Under the pieces are notes generated by a model. It had not been told where the DNA came from, did not search any database, and saw only the letters and a program-made list of their open reading frames with translations. Shown one piece after another: positions 45,628 through 59,614 of a stretch of 64,000 bases of DNA. Position 1 is the first letter of the stretch. Every line of letters starts with the position of its first letter. This DNA comes from Anaeramoeba ignava BMAN (Eukaryota; Protista; Anaeramoebae): NCBI GenBank assembly GCA_028826165.1, contig JAPDFW010000073.1:319850-383849 (forward strand). The letters run 5' to 3'. The translations under genes and the position numbers were made by a program.

Positions 45628-48600
45628 ATGGAAAAAACAAATTTAAAACCTGCTATTGTCAAATACGTTCAATCAGGAGATGTTGTTACTGTCAGAGGAA
45701 GAGATAGTAAAAAAGGACCACCACCAGAAAAGACATTGACACTTGCGAGCATTCAAGCACCCAGATTAGGAAGGAACAAGGAAAAAGACGAAGCTTTTGC
45801 ATGGGAATCAAGAGAATTTCTTCGGAAGTTGTTAATTGGACAGGAAGTGACGTGGTTTATAGAATACATTGATGAAAAAAGTGGGAGAGAATTTGGGACG
45901 ATTTTTCTTAACGGACAAAATGTGTCAGTGATGGTTGTTGAGGAAGGACTTGCAAGACCTCGGGCGCTTGGAAAGAAGGTGTCTAAATATTATCGGAATC
46001 TTGAAGAGGCGGCCGAGGCTGCAGAAACCGCTAAGATTGGGATTTGGAGCGATACCAAAAGAGAGCATGAAAATTCAATCCGTAAATTACCGCGTGACAT
46101 TGACGTCAAAAGCATTTTGAACCAGAAAACCTTTCAAGGAATTGTGGAGTATGTCCGAGACGGAAGCACTGTACGCGTTTTGCTGCTCCCGAGTTTCCAG
46201 TCAATTATGGTCTATTTCGCAGGCATACAGTGTCCTGGATTCAAGAGAGTTTCAGCCAATGAAAAAGACGAAAAGAGCAAAAAGAAAAAAGAAAAAGACA
46301 ATAAATCCTCAGGAGATGTGTCTTATGTCCCCGAGCCGTATGCGTTGAACGCCAAGTTCTTTACCGAAAGCAAACTGCTTGGGAGAGATGTTAAGGTCGG
46401 TATTGTTGGTATCGATAAAAATGAGTTCTTTTATGGTGACATCCAAGTGGTTGATGATGAAGAATCTTTTCTTTATCAAATTTTAACTGAAGGTTATGCT
46501 AAAATTGCTGAATGGAGCATTAAATACTTGCCAAATCCTGAGAAAATGAGAAATTCTGAGCAAATGGCAAAAAATAAAAGAAAAAGAATTTGGAAAAATT
46601 ATACGCTTTCAGAAAAAGACTTGCGAATGCAAGAATTAATCACTTCCATTTCAGAAACAAAGGATTTCTACGGAACCGTTGTGGAAATTATCGGCGGAGA
46701 CTTCATTTCCGTCCGTGAAAAGACAGAAAAGGATCCAAATTGCAAAACTTATAAACCGTTAGAAAGAAAAATTTCACTTTCAAGTATAGTAACCCCGAAA
46801 AAATTCAAACACTCGCTCGAGCCCTTTTCTTTTGAGGCTAAAGAGGCCCTCAGGAAAATTGCTATCGGCGCTGATGTCAAAGTGACAATCGATTATGTCC
46901 GAGAATCAGACTCCAAGTCCTCCAACGGATTGAGGGAGTACGGAACTGTTTTAATTATAAAAAATGGAGATCAATCAAGTCAAGAAGATGATCAAAATGC
47001 AGAAAAAAAGAAAAAAGGAAAAGGCAAAAAAAAACAAGAAACTTCAACTGGCAAAAAACAAGAAACTCCAACTGGCGAGAAAAATTTAGCTGAACATCTT
47101 CTTTCTCTTGGTCTTGCTTCTGTTGTCAGACATCGCTCAAACGATCCAAGATCCCCTTTTTACGATAAATACGTCTCCTTAGAAGAAGCAGCAAAGAAAA
47201 AAAGACTTGGCAAATTCTCAAACAAAAAACCAATCACACAATTCAACGACTTGACAAACCAAAACGCTTCAAAAGTGACCCAAATTTTTAGTCTGTTTAA
47301 TAACGTAAAAAAAATTCCTGCAATCGTTAATTTCTGCACTTCTCCTTCGCGCTTTATTATATTAATCCCGAAGGAAACAATCATCGCACGTTTTGCATTA
47401 TCATGCGTTTCCGTAATGAACTCAAGCGAACCGTTATTCGACGAAGCAAAGGATTTCGTTCGTTTTCTTTGCCAAGATCGTCAAGTTGAATTGGAATTTG
47501 AAAGAATAGACAAAAAAGGAACAGTGATCGGAAACATTCTCATCAATAACACAAGTCTCACACATCTTATACTCTCCAACGGATATGCCCAAATACACGA
47601 ATTCTCTGCACAAAAATCTGGCGATTATCAAAATTTAGTTCAATTAGAAAAATCTGCAAAAGAAAAAAAACTTGGAATTTGGGGACATGAATATTACATC
47701 TCAAAATTACAATCAATCGAGAAAAATTCGGAAAAAAAAAGACAAGAATCATTGCCATCAAAACCAATAGAAGAGCATTTCGAAGGGTTTGTTAATATTG
47801 TGTATGGTGCAAATTCGTTCTATATTTGCAACAAGGATCGGGAGAACGAACTTGAGAAAATCACAAAATTCACCGATTCCATTTCAAAAAAAATTTCGCA
47901 ATCAAAATCAAAAAACAAGAGTCAAGATTTGAAATTCAAAAAGGATGATTTGTGTTTATCTCAGAACGCAGAGACAGGGAAATGGTGTCGAGGAAAAATC
48001 ATTTCGGAGCACAAAACAGCATACAAAGTGCTTCATATTGATTTCGGAACAATTGAAAATGTGACACTCAACCAACTTTATCCACTTGAAGATAACGAGA
48101 TTGCTTCTATACCACCACTTGGCGCACAAGCCAAGCTTGCTTTTATTGAAATCCCTTCAGATCAAAGAAGGCTTGAAATTGATCCTGTAGAATTTTTGGA
48201 AGATTTGATTCTCGGAATTCCAACAGAATGCACTCTTTTAAGACAGAAAAACGTCGCCGTTATGAATTGCTTCATTTCTGCTTGGAAACCTGAAGCAGAA
48301 ATCGATCCAGAACCTGTTAATTTAACTTCCAATTTGGAACAAAAAGGATTTGTTGTTAAAAAATCAAAACAAAAGAAAGGAAAGAAAAAATCAAAACAAT
48401 CAAAAGTAAATTTGAAATCTCAAGAAAAACAATTTTTGGAAGATTTTCCATCACTTTCAGAACAACCAAAAAAAGAAACAAACAATGAAAATCAAAATCA
48501 AAACGAAAATGAAAACGAAAATCAAAATGAAAATCAAAACGAAAATCAAAATGAAAATCAAATTGAAAATCAAAAATTAATTAAAGTTGATATTGTTAAA

Positions 48601-48777
48601 CATATTGTTTCAAAAGGTTTAGCGAAAGTTGATAAAAATCAAGCCAAATTGTTCTCAGATTCAGACTACTTTGATTATATTAATCAACTCAAAGAATTAG
48701 AAAAAGAAGCAAAAGCAAATCATTTGGGTATTTGGCTTTTTGGTGATTCTTATGGTGAAGATTTAGATGCTTTTTAA
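45628..48777 (+). CDS. SND1: Tudor staphylococcal nuclease (Tudor-SN/SND1), intronless
   Basis: VQSGDVV...GPPPEKTLTLASIQAPRLGR...DEAFAWESREFLRKLLIG, four SN domains, a Tudor domain and a C-terminal AKANHLGIWLFGD. Confidence 0.93.
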   Translation: MEKTNLKPAIVKYVQSGDVVTVRGRDSKKGPPPEKTLTLASIQAPRLGRNKEKDEAFAWESREFLRKLLIGQEVTWFIEYIDEKSGREFGTIFLNGQNVSVMVVEEGLARPRALGKKVSKYYRNLEEAAEAAETAKIGIWSDTKREHENSIRKLPRDIDVKSILNQKTFQGIVEYVRDGSTVRVLLLPSFQSIMVYFAGIQCPGFKRVSANEKDEKSKKKKEKDNKSSGDVSYVPEPYALNAKFFTESKLLGRDVKVGIVGIDKNEFFYGDIQVVDDEESFLYQILTEGYAKIAEWSIKYLPNPEKMRNSEQMAKNKRKRIWKNYTLSEKDLRMQELITSISETKDFYGTVVEIIGGDFISVREKTEKDPNCKTYKPLERKISLSSIVTPKKFKHSLEPFSFEAKEALRKIAIGADVKVTIDYVRESDSKSSNGLREYGTVLIIKNGDQSSQEDDQNAEKKKKGKGKKKQETSTGKKQETPTGEKNLAEHLLSLGLASVVRHRSNDPRSPFYDKYVSLEEAAKKKRLGKFSNKKPITQFNDLTNQNASKVTQIFSLFNNVKKIPAIVNFCTSPSRFIILIPKETIIARFALSCVSVMNSSEPLFDEAKDFVRFLCQDRQVELEFERIDKKGTVIGNILINNTSLTHLILSNGYAQIHEFSAQKSGDYQNLVQLEKSAKEKKLGIWGHEYYISKLQSIEKNSEKKRQESLPSKPIEEHFEGFVNIVYGANSFYICNKDRENELEKITKFTDSISKKISQSKSKNKSQDLKFKKDDLCLSQNAETGKWCRGKIISEHKTAYKVLHIDFGTIENVTLNQLYPLEDNEIASIPPLGAQAKLAFIEIPSDQRRLEIDPVEFLEDLILGIPTECTLLRQKNVAVMNCFISAWKPEAEIDPEPVNLTSNLEQKGFVVKKSKQKKGKKKSKQSKVNLKSQEKQFLEDFPSLSEQPKKETNNENQNQNENENENQNENQNENQNENQIENQKLIKVDIVKHIVSKGLAKVDKNQAKLFSDSDYFDYINQLKELEKEAKANHLGIWLFGDSYGEDLDAF

Positions 48778-49002
48778 AAAGAAAAATATTTCTTTTTCTT
48801 AAAAAATTCAATCCAAATTATTCCTTTATTTTCTTCTTCTTCTTCTTCTTCTTCAAATCATTCTTTTATCAAAATCTCATAATTTTCTTTTTCATTTTAA
48901 TTCAAAAAGAAAAAAAAAATTTAATAAAGATTCTTTTTAGACCAAAATCAAAAATAAAAAATTTAATTAAATTTTTTATTAAAATTTTTTTATTAGAATT
49001 TT

Positions 49003-52000
49003 TTATTTCTTTTTTGGAAATATTTTCAAACATTCTTGAGCTAATTGTTGAACTTGGAAACTTAAACTTAAATTTGTTGATAATTCTTGAATTTTTCCAA
49101 AAAGAAAATTTAGAAGTGATTCAATTTGAGAAGATTTTAATAAATTTTTTATACTTTTCAGAAAACATTCAATAATTTCATTATCTAAAGAATCTAAAAG
49201 ATGAAGAAATGGTTTTAAATCAAATCCAACTTTAATTAAACAATTTTTTGGTTTTTCTATTTTTATTATTAATTTTTTAAATGAAAAATTTTTTTAATTG
49301 AAAATGTTTTAATTTTTTTTGTTGAAATTAAATTTTACCTTTTTCAGTTAAATGAAGTAACATTTTAAGTCCTTCCATTTGAAGAATTTTATGTTCTGAA
49401 CTAATTAATAAAATGATTGATGAAAAAATTTCTTTTTGAATAAAATCACAAAGTAATTCTGGATCTTCTGTATTTAAAACTAAATTATAAAGAACTCTAA
49501 CTGAAGAAAACATTGAACGTTTTAATGATTCATTTTTGGATAATTTCATTAAAGGTTGAAATCCTTCATTTTCAACAATAAATTTAGAAATTTCAGGAAC
49601 TATTTTTTAAAACAAAATTAAAATTAAATTTAAATTTAAAACTGAAAAGGAAATGAATTTTTTTTTTCTCTTTTGAATTTAACCTGATGAAAGAAAATGT
49701 AAAGCAGAAACGCAATAATTTTGAACTTCAGCTCTATCTGTATCAAGTAATTTGATTAATAATTTCATAATTTCTGGAAAATGAACAAATAAATTTCTTG
49801 TTTGTTCTAAAATTTAAAATATAAATATAAATATTAATATAAATATAAATATTATAAATATAAATATAAATATTATAAATATAAATATAAATATAAATAT
49901 AAATATAAATATAAATATAAATATAAATATAAATATAAATATAAATATAAATATAAATATAAATATAAATATAAATATAAATATAAATATAAATATAAAT
50001 ATAAATATAAATATAAATATAAAAATATAAATATATAAAATAAAATATAAAAAAAAACATAAAATAAAAATATAAAATAAACATAAATAAAATATAAAAA
50101 TATAAATATAAAATATAAATATAAAATAAAAATAAATATAAATATAAATATAAATAAAAATATAAAATATAAACATAAATATAAATATAAAATATAAATA
50201 AAAACATAAATATAAAATAAATATAAATATAAATATAAAATATAAATATATAAATATAAATATAAATATAAATAAAAAAATAAAATATAAAATAAATATA
50301 AAATAAATATAAATATAAATATAAAATAAATATAAATATAAATATAAATATAAATATAAATATAAATATAAATATAAATATAAATATAAATATAAATATA
50401 AATATAAATATAAATATAAATATAAATATAAATATAAATATAAATATAAATATAAATATAAATATAAATATAAATATAAATATAAATATAAATAGAAATA
50501 TTTAAATAAAAATATAAATATAAATATAAATATAAATATTTAAATAAATATAAATATAAATATAAATATAAATATAAATATAAATATAAACCTGGTAATG
50601 TTAAATTTCTAATTGTTCCTGCAGCTAAATGTTGAATTCTAAAATCTTTATTTCTCAAAAATTTTTCAAGAGGAATTAAAACAGTTCTTTCCATTAATTT
50701 CATACAAACAGAATCTTGATTTCATTTTTTAAATTTTTTAAATTTTTTGAATTTTTGAATTTTGAATTTTGAATTTTGAATTTTGAATTTTGAATTTTTT
50801 ATACCAGTTCTTGCTAAATTTGCCATCCACATTGCTGCTGAAAGAGATATTTCTGAATCTTCTGAATAAATTAATTTAGTAACAAGATCAATAACATTAT
50901 TATTAAGCATTATTTCCATTGCATCATCATTTAAAGCTAAATAAGTTAAAATTCGGAAAAGATTTTTTTGATTTTCATCAAAATTTTCAAGATTAATTAA
51001 TTGAATTAAAGGAAGAACAAGTTTTTCTTTAATAATTAAAGTTCGACATTTTTCTAAAAAAGAAATTAAATTAATTTTATTTGAATTGAATTGAATTTAA
51101 TTTAATTTAATTGAATTGAATTGAATTGAATTGAATTTATTTGAATTGAATTGAATTGAATTGAATTGAATTGAATTGAATTGAATTGAATTGAATTTAT
51201 TTGAATTGAATTGAATTGAATTGAATTGAATTAAATTTAATTGAATTGATTTGAATTGAATTGAATTGAATTGAATTGAATTGAATTGAATTGAATTAAA
51301 TTGAATTGAATTGAATTTATTTGAATTGAATTGAATTGAATTAAATTGAATTGAATTTATTTGAATTGAATTGAATTGATTTAAATTTAATTTAATTGAA
51401 TTGAATTTATTTTATTTGAATTGATTTGAATTGAATTGAATTATAAAATTTATACCTTCAATTGTAATAATAGATAATATTTCATAAGATATTTCTTGAA
51501 TTTCTCCTGTTGAATTTGTTAATAATTTAAATAAAGGAATAACTGAATCTAAATCAGAAAGTATTTTTCGATTTTCTTCAACTTCTATTAAATTATTAAT
51601 TGTACGAAGAGTAACAAGTAATAATTGTTGATTATCAATACTATTTATAAATGGAGTAATATACTGAAGTCCTTTTTTCTTTCCAATTTCTGTTTGAATA
51701 TCCTCTAAAAAAAATTTAATGAAAATCGGAAAAAAATTTTTAATTTGATTTTGATTTTGATTTTAATTTTAATTTGAATTTTAATTTTAATTTTAATTTT
51801 AATTTGAATTTTAATTTTGATTTTGATTTTGATTTTGATTTTAATTTTGATTTTAATTTTAATTTTAATTTGAATTTTAATTTTGAATTTGAATTTTAAT
51901 TTTGATTTTAATTTTGATTTTAATTTTAATTTTAATTTTAATTTTAATTAATTTTGATTTTGATTTTGATTTTAATTTTAATTTTGATTTTAATTTTAAT

Positions 52001-52771
52001 TTTAATTTGAATTTTAATTTTAATTTTAATTTTGATTTTAATTTTAATTTTAATTTTAATTTTAATTTTAATTTTAATTTGAATTTTGATTTTAATTTGA
52101 ATTTTTAAATACCATTTTCATTTGAAATATTGAGAAAAAATCCAATACAAATTCGAATAAACTCTGAATTATCTTTAATAGATAAAGAAGAAAGAATTTG
52201 AAGAGGTTTTTCAAGTCCACCTTTTTGGAAAATTAATTCACTATTTTTAACTAAAAAAATCCAATTAAAAAAATACAATTAAAAAAATCAATTAAAAAAT
52301 TAAATAAAAAAATTAAAATGAAATACAATTATCAAAACATAAATTTGCTAATAATCTCAGTGTTAAACGTTGAAAATCAAGATTTTTCTTGCTTAATAAA
52401 GGAAATAATGTATTTAATAATTCATCAGAAATAATTATTTGTCTAATTTCATCATCTTTTGCAAATTCACCAAGAATATCTAAAGATAAAATAGGAATAT
52501 TATTGGGTTTCATTGTTAAAGTTGTTATTAAATTCTTTATAAGTTCGTTATTAAAAAATTCTGTTCGTTTTTCTTCTGTTTTTTTTTTTAATTTTTATTT
52601 TAAAAATTTAAATTTATTTTTTGCTTTTTTTTTGAAATTTTTAAATTTTTTTTTAAAACCTGTTGATGTAATTTCTTGTAAAATTTGTTGAAGAATTTCA
52701 CGAATAATTGATGGTTTTTCTTTTTTTGAAATTGATTGAATAAATTTTTGAATTAAATTTTGAGAATCCAT
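49003..52771 (-). CDS. Armadillo-repeat GTP-GDP dissociation stimulator (SmgGDS/RAP1GDS1/darlin-like), multi-exon
   Basis: [37 protein letters not shown] and [13 protein letters not shown] match the SmgGDS repeat pattern. Confidence 0.7.
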
Positions 52772-52873
52772 TTCAAAAAGAAAAGAAAAGAAAAGAAAAA
52801 AAATGAAAAAAATTAAAAAAAATTAAAAAAATTATTTTTTTTTTCATTTTTTTTTTCATTTTTAAAAATTTAA

Positions 52874-55800
52874 ATGGATATTGAAGAAGTAAATTTAGCT
52901 ATTGTTACTTCATTAAAACTTTCTAGTAGAGGAAATGCTATTATTGCAGAACTTTTCAGACTTTCTGATAATATTCCTGAAATTTATAAAAATGAACCTG
53001 AAAAAATTCATGAATTTATTTTAATGGATTTTCAATATTTAACTCAATCAGGTTTTGTTGAAAATCAAATTTCTGAAAATCCTGTAAATTTATAATTAAA
53101 TTAATAATTAAATTTATAATTAAATTTATAATTAAATTTATAATTAAATTTATAATTAAATTTATAATTAAATTTATAATTAAATTTATAATTAAATTTA
53201 TAATTAAATTTATAATTAAATTTATAATTAAATTTATAATTAAATTTATAATTAAATTTATAATTAAATTTATAATTAAATTTATAATTAAATTTATAAT
53301 TAAATTTATAATTAAATTTATAATTAAATTTATAATTAAATTTATAATTAAATTTATAATTATATTTATAATTAAATTTATAATTAAATTTATAATTAAA
53401 TTTATAATTAAATTTATAATTAAATTTATAATTAAATTTATAATTAAATTTATAATTAAATTTATAATTAAATTTATAATTAAATTTATAATTAAATTTA
53501 TAATTAAATTTATAATTAAATTTATAATTAAATTTATAATTATATTTATAATTATATTTAAAATTAAATTTATAATTAAATTTATAATTAAATTTATATT
53601 TATATTTATAATTAAATTTATAATTAAATTTATAATTATATTTATAATTATATTTATAATTAAATTTATAATTATATTTATAATTAAATTTATAATTAAA
53701 TTTATAATTAAAAATTTATAATTAAATTTATTTAATTAAATTTATAATTAAATTTATAATTAAATTTATAATTATATTTATAATTAAATTTATAATTAAA
53801 TTTATAATTAAATTTATAATTAAATTTATAATTAAATTTATAATTAAATTTATAATTAAATTTATAATTAAATTTATAATTATATTTATAATTAAATTTA
53901 TAATTAAATTTATAATTAAATTTATAATTAAATTTATAATTAAATTTATAATTAAATTTATAATTAAATTTATAATTAAATTTATAATTAAATTTATAAT
54001 TAAATTTATAATTAAATTTATAATTAAATTTATAATTAAATTCATAATTAAATTTATTTTTATTATTTTCTTTTTATTAGACTTTATCAGAAATGGATGA
54101 ACAATTTCAAGAAAATTATTTCCAAATTATTGAAAGATTTTATTGGTTATTTGAAAGCATTTACATTTATTTTAAAGATCTTTTAAAATTTTTTCAAGAT
54201 TTAAAAAATGGAATTTTTATTCAATTTAATTTAGAAGTAAAAGAAAAAATAATTTACAAAATAATTTACAAAATAATTTATAATTTAAAAAATAATTTTA
54301 AAAGACTTTTTTAATGGATGCAGATGGTAAACAATTAATGTGTGAAATTATATATTTATTTGGTGTAATGCTTCTTTTTATGGATCAAAAAATACCAGGA
54401 CCAATTAGAGAAAGACTTTTAGTTGCTTATTTTAGATATCAAGTATATAAATAAAATTTATAAAATTGATTTAAAATTTATTTATAATATTGATTTAAAA
54501 TTTAATATTGATTTTTTTAATATTTATTTTTAAAAAGGGTCAAAATCATATCGAAACCTTTGATAAAATTTGTGAAATTTGGAGAAATACAGGATATATC
54601 CATAAAGAAAAAAAACCACCTAATTATCCAGAAATATTCTTTGAAAGAGCACCACTTCCAAAAGAAGTCATCTCAATTGTTATAAACAAATTACAAAGTG
54701 ATGATATTTATTCACAATTCAAAACATATCCTCACACAGAACATCAAACAACAGCTTATGCAAATCAAGCAAGCATGATTTATATCATTTTATTTTTTTC
54801 ACCTGAAATACTTCAATCAAATAGTTCAGTTATGAGAGCAATTGTTGATAAATTTTTCAATGATAATTATGTTATATCAATTTATATCGGAGAAATTGTT
54901 GATTTAAGTATTGAATGGGATAGTTATAAAGCTGCCAAAAGAGCATTGAAAAATGTTTTAAAACCAACAAAAATAAGGAAAATTGTTTCTTCCAAAAAAC
55001 AAGAACTTGTTGATTTAAAAAAGGATTTGGAAAAATATCTTACTGAAGGATTTATGACTGAAAATTATGTTGTTGATCATGTTCAAGAATTAATTGATTG
55101 CTCAAGACGTTGCAATGTTGCATTGCGTTGGGTTCTTTTGCATTCTTCAACACAAAACAAAAAGGTTTCCAATTTAATTACATTCGATAGAATTCAAGTG
55201 TTGAATTTCTTATTAGATATTGCTCAATTCGAATTTTTACTCAAAGAACATTTGAAAAGATTATTGAAATCAAAAGACGAGCAATGGGAAAATTACAAAA
55301 GAGAAGCAAGTCAAAGTTTAAAGGAACTTTCAGAATATTTTTCTGGTGAACGTTCTCTTGCAAGAGTTGAAAAGGATGAGAATATTCAAAATTGGTTTGT
55401 TAATTTATCAAAAGATGTTCAAGAATTGGAAACAAAAAATGCAGGAAGAAAAATACAAAGTTTAATTGAAGGAATTGAAACAATCAAAGGATATCATCAA
55501 ATTGATGGAAGTTTGCAAATCAAGCAATTTCTTGATTTTGTAAAGAGTTTACTTCATCAAATGATCAAGATTATCAACATAAAAGATGAAACTCTTGCAA
55601 CTTTATCAATTGTTTCAGATGTTAGTTATGGATGGGAAATTCTTGAAAAATACATTGATTTAATGCAAGAATGCATAACAAGAGATCCTGATTCAGTTAT
55701 TAAATTAAGAAGTACATTTCTAAAACTATCTTCAATTCTCGATCTTCCTTTATCAAGAATCAATCAATCAAAATCAACAGATTTTGTTTCTGTTTCTCAA

Positions 55801-57443
55801 TATTATTCTTCAGAACTTGTTGGTTATGTTCAAAAAGTACTTGAAATTGTTCCCAAAACTGTATTTTCAAAACTCAAGGAGATTATCAATCTCCAAATCA
55901 ATAATATCAAAGAAATTCCTCCACAAATCCAAAGAGATCAACTTAAGGATTTTGTTCAACTTGAAGCAAGAAATCATTTATCTTCCAAAACAAATGAAGT
56001 TTCCCGATTTACAAAAGGAATTTTGGCAATGAAAAAAACTCTTGTTGGAGTTATTCAAGTTGATCCTAAAGAACTTCTTGAATTGGGAATTCGAAGAGAA
56101 TTAGTTAAGCAAATTGCAGAAATTCTTCACAGCACAATTTTCTTTTTGAAATCTGGAAAAGGAAATGTTTTCGAACAAAAATTACAAGATTTATCAATTA
56201 AACTTGATGGATTTAGAAGATCTTTTGAATACATTTCTGATTATCTTAATATTTATGGATTGCAAATTTGGCTTGAAGAATTTTCACGAATTGTAAATTA
56301 TAATGTTGAACAAGAATGCAATTCGTTTTTGAAGAAAAAAGTATATGATGAACAATCAATGTTCCAATCAAAATCAGTTCCAATCCCAAAATTCAAAAAA
56401 GTGGATAGCGCATCAATTAATTTTATGGGAAGATTAGCAAGAGAATTAATTCGCAAAACTGATCCAAGTCAAACAACTTATATTCATTTAATGTCAGGTT
56501 GGTTTGATCAAGTAAAAAGGAGATGAAATTGTTGGAGTTAAAACATTTTCTTTTACTTTCAGATTCAATTGGAGTTGCAGGTCTTTATGGATTGGATAAA
56601 TTATATGCGTTTATGATTGTTAGAAAAATGCAAATATTTTTAACAGAATATAAAACTGCAATTACTAAAAATACTAAATTCCAAACAATTTATGAAGAAA
56701 TTGAAACAAGACTCAATGAAAAAACATTTGAAGATGAAAATAAAAGCAAAATTTATGCAGAATATTGCCAAAAAACAGCAACAATAAGTGATAGTTTCCT
56801 TTATATTGTTATGCAAATTGGACAATTACAAATTTTAAGAAGACAAATATCAAACGAATTGAATTTCATTTGCAAATTGGATTCAAATATTCTTTTTTCA
56901 GCACTTGAATCAATGAATGAAGCATTTATATCAGATATTCAAGCTCATTATCAAAAACCCGAAATAAAACCATATGTTAATGATTCACTTCTATCAGAAT
57001 TAACAATGTATCTTGATACTTGTGGAATGAATGATCCACTTATGAAAATTTATGTAACAACAGAACCTATTCAAGAACTCCCATTAGTTATTTTATTTCT
57101 TGTCATTTCTAACTTAAATCAATTGAGTTATAATCCAAGATTATGTACTCTTGTTGGCACAAAGAAAAGTAAATTGGATGGTGTTCCTTTTGTTGTTGGA
57201 ATTTTTACTCTTTTAAAACAATTCCATTCTTCTCATTTGGAAAGATTTTTGGATTATTTAGGTCAATATATTAGAGTTGATGCTTATCAAAAATATCAAA
57301 AAGAAGTTAAAATTGATGATTTATCTCAAAATTCTCTTAATTTACTTGTCTTTTTAGAACAATTTTCAGTTTTTGGAGATATTCCTCAAAAAGTTCTTCA
57401 AAATTTTATTCCAGGATATATTATCGATTATTTAAAAGTTTAA
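52874..57443 (+). CDS. WASHC5: Strumpellin (WASH complex subunit 5); introns 53084-54080, 54238-54304, 54443-54537; frameshifts near 56515-56555
   Basis: [57 protein letters not shown] and [22 protein letters not shown]. Confidence 0.95.
53084..54080 (+). repeat. 1-kb intron of near-perfect (TTTATAATTAAA)n
   Basis: Directly visible; GT at 53084 and AG at 54079-54080. Confidence 0.9.
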
Positions 57444-57508
57444 GAAATCAATTTAAAATAATTTTTCTTTAATAAAAATTCAATTTAAAATATTTTTCTT
57501 TTCTTTTT

Positions 57509-59614
57509 TCATTTGAAATAACATTCAAGTTCTTCAGTTCTCCATTCACCTTTACCTCCAGCTAAATAATTTTCACATTCATTTGAACCATAATGAATTC
57601 CTTTAGGTAATTTATAATATTCTCCAAAATCATTTGAAAATCCATTTTTTAAATCAGAAGGAAGTCCAAATCCTCCTCCAAAAAATGGTCCATAATTTTT
57701 ATCATAATAAATTGAACGTTCTTTTTCTGATTTTTTAATTGGAAATTTTTGTGGTTCATTTCCTTTTGGATTTTTAAGACTAAATAAAAAAGCTTCTGAA
57801 TCAGAAATCCATTTATATTCCTTATTTGGTATCCATCCTTTTTTTGTAAATCCTCCAAAAATACAATTATTAGTTGTTTTAATAATAACTAATGTTTCTC
57901 CTTTATTATCACATTTTTTATGAAAAATTTTGGAAGAAAATCCATCTTTTGTTGCTGAAAATCTTAATTTCATTGAATTGAAAAATTTATCATCTTTAAT
58001 CCATTCTTTTATTTTCTTAATTTTTTCATTTTCATTTATTATTTTAGATTCTTTGAAATTTTGATTTTGATTTTGATTTTGATTTTGAATTTGAATTTGA
58101 TTTTGATTTTGATTTTCATTTTGAATTTGAATTTGATTTTGAATTTGATTTTGAATTTGATTTTGATTTTCATTTTGATTTTCATTTTGATTTTGATTTT
58201 GAATTTGATTTTGAAATTAGATTTTGATTTTGAATTTGATTTTGAATTTGATTTTGAATTTGATTTTGATTTTGATTTTGATTTTGATTTTGATTTTGAT
58301 TTTGATTTTGATTTTCATTTTGAATTTGAATTTAATTTTGATTTTGATTTTGATTTTGATTTTGATTTTGATTTTGATTTTGATTTTGAATTTGATTTTG
58401 ATTTTGATTTTGATTTTGATTTTGATTTTGAATTTGATTTTGATTTTGATTTTCATTTTCATTTTGATTTTGATTTTGATTTTGAATTTGATTTTCATTT
58501 TGAATTTGATTTTGATTTTGATTTTGATTTTGATTTTTGATTTTGATTTTTGATTTTGATTTTGATTTTTGATTTTGATTTTGAATTGATTTTGATTTTG
58601 ATTTTGATTTTCATTTGAATTAAATTTTGATTTTGATTTTGATTTTGATTTTGATTAGATTTTGATTTTTGATTTTAAATTTGATTCACCAGATTTTGAT
58701 TTTCATTTTGATTTTGATTTTGATTTTGATTTTGAATTTGATTTTTTATTTTCCAGTTCTAAATTCACATGTTCTCTTATTTTGTTTCTTTTGATAAAAT
58801 ATTTTGATAAATTTTCAAAATGATTAATTTGTTGAAAAAATTTTTCAGAAATTAAAAAAGATTTAATTTGAGAAAAATTTTTTTGGAATTTTTGATTTAT
58901 TCTTTTTTTTTCTATTTCTAATTTTTTTTGATTAGGATTTTTTAATAATTTTTGAAATTCCATTTTGATCCAATTTTCAATCATTTCAAGAAATTCAATT
59001 TCAAAAAAATCTTTTCTTAAAATTTTATCTTGAATAATTAAATTAATTTGATCTTGATTTAATTTTAAAAATTCTCCCTTTTGATTAAAAATTGAGAAAT
59101 TAGAATGAATAAAATTTAAACATTCATTTTTAATTTTAATATTTTTTAAAGAATGAATTTCTTTAAAAAGATTAAAAACATTTGAATAATTTAAATTTTG
59201 GATAATTTGTTCTTCTAAAATTTTGGAAAGAGAATTTAATTCAAATTTGTTTGAAGCTTTTAAAAGTGGAATTAAATTTTGATTTGGGAGAAAATTAACT
59301 TTAGATGTATAAATAAAATCGAGAATAAAATCAATTGTTTCTTTATCAATATCATTTAAAAGAATTTCATTAATATTATCATTTTCAAAAAGAATTCCTT
59401 TAAAAAAAGAACTTCTACAAATTAAAATACATTTATGAACTTTAATTTTTTTTTGGATATTGTTTTCATAAATTAAAATTGTAAAATCTTGAAAAGAATT
59501 TGAAGAAAGAAGATTTTTAAGATCTTGTAATAATAAATTGTTATTATTATTATTGTTGTTGTTATTATTATTATTGTTGTTATTATTGTTGTTGTTATTA
59601 TTATTTGGATTCAT
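57509..59614 (-). CDS. BTB/POZ-(QN)n-TLDc protein; linker disrupted by indels
   Basis: BTB FQDFTILI...IKVHKCILICRSSFF and TLDc FSATKDGFSSKIFHKKCDNKGETLVIIKT...GPFFG. The (CAAAAT)n tract 58061-58740 read in the QN frame runs directly into FKESKII...KEW of the TLDc. Confidence 0.75.

Noticed and set aside
58680-58710. TGA reassignment or readthrough (TGA at 58703 plus a possible GTGAAT donor)
   Set aside because: AATGAA is a common Glu variant of the QN repeat in another frame, and TGA is a true stop for AP-1 mu, AMPK, PAP2 and TLDc.
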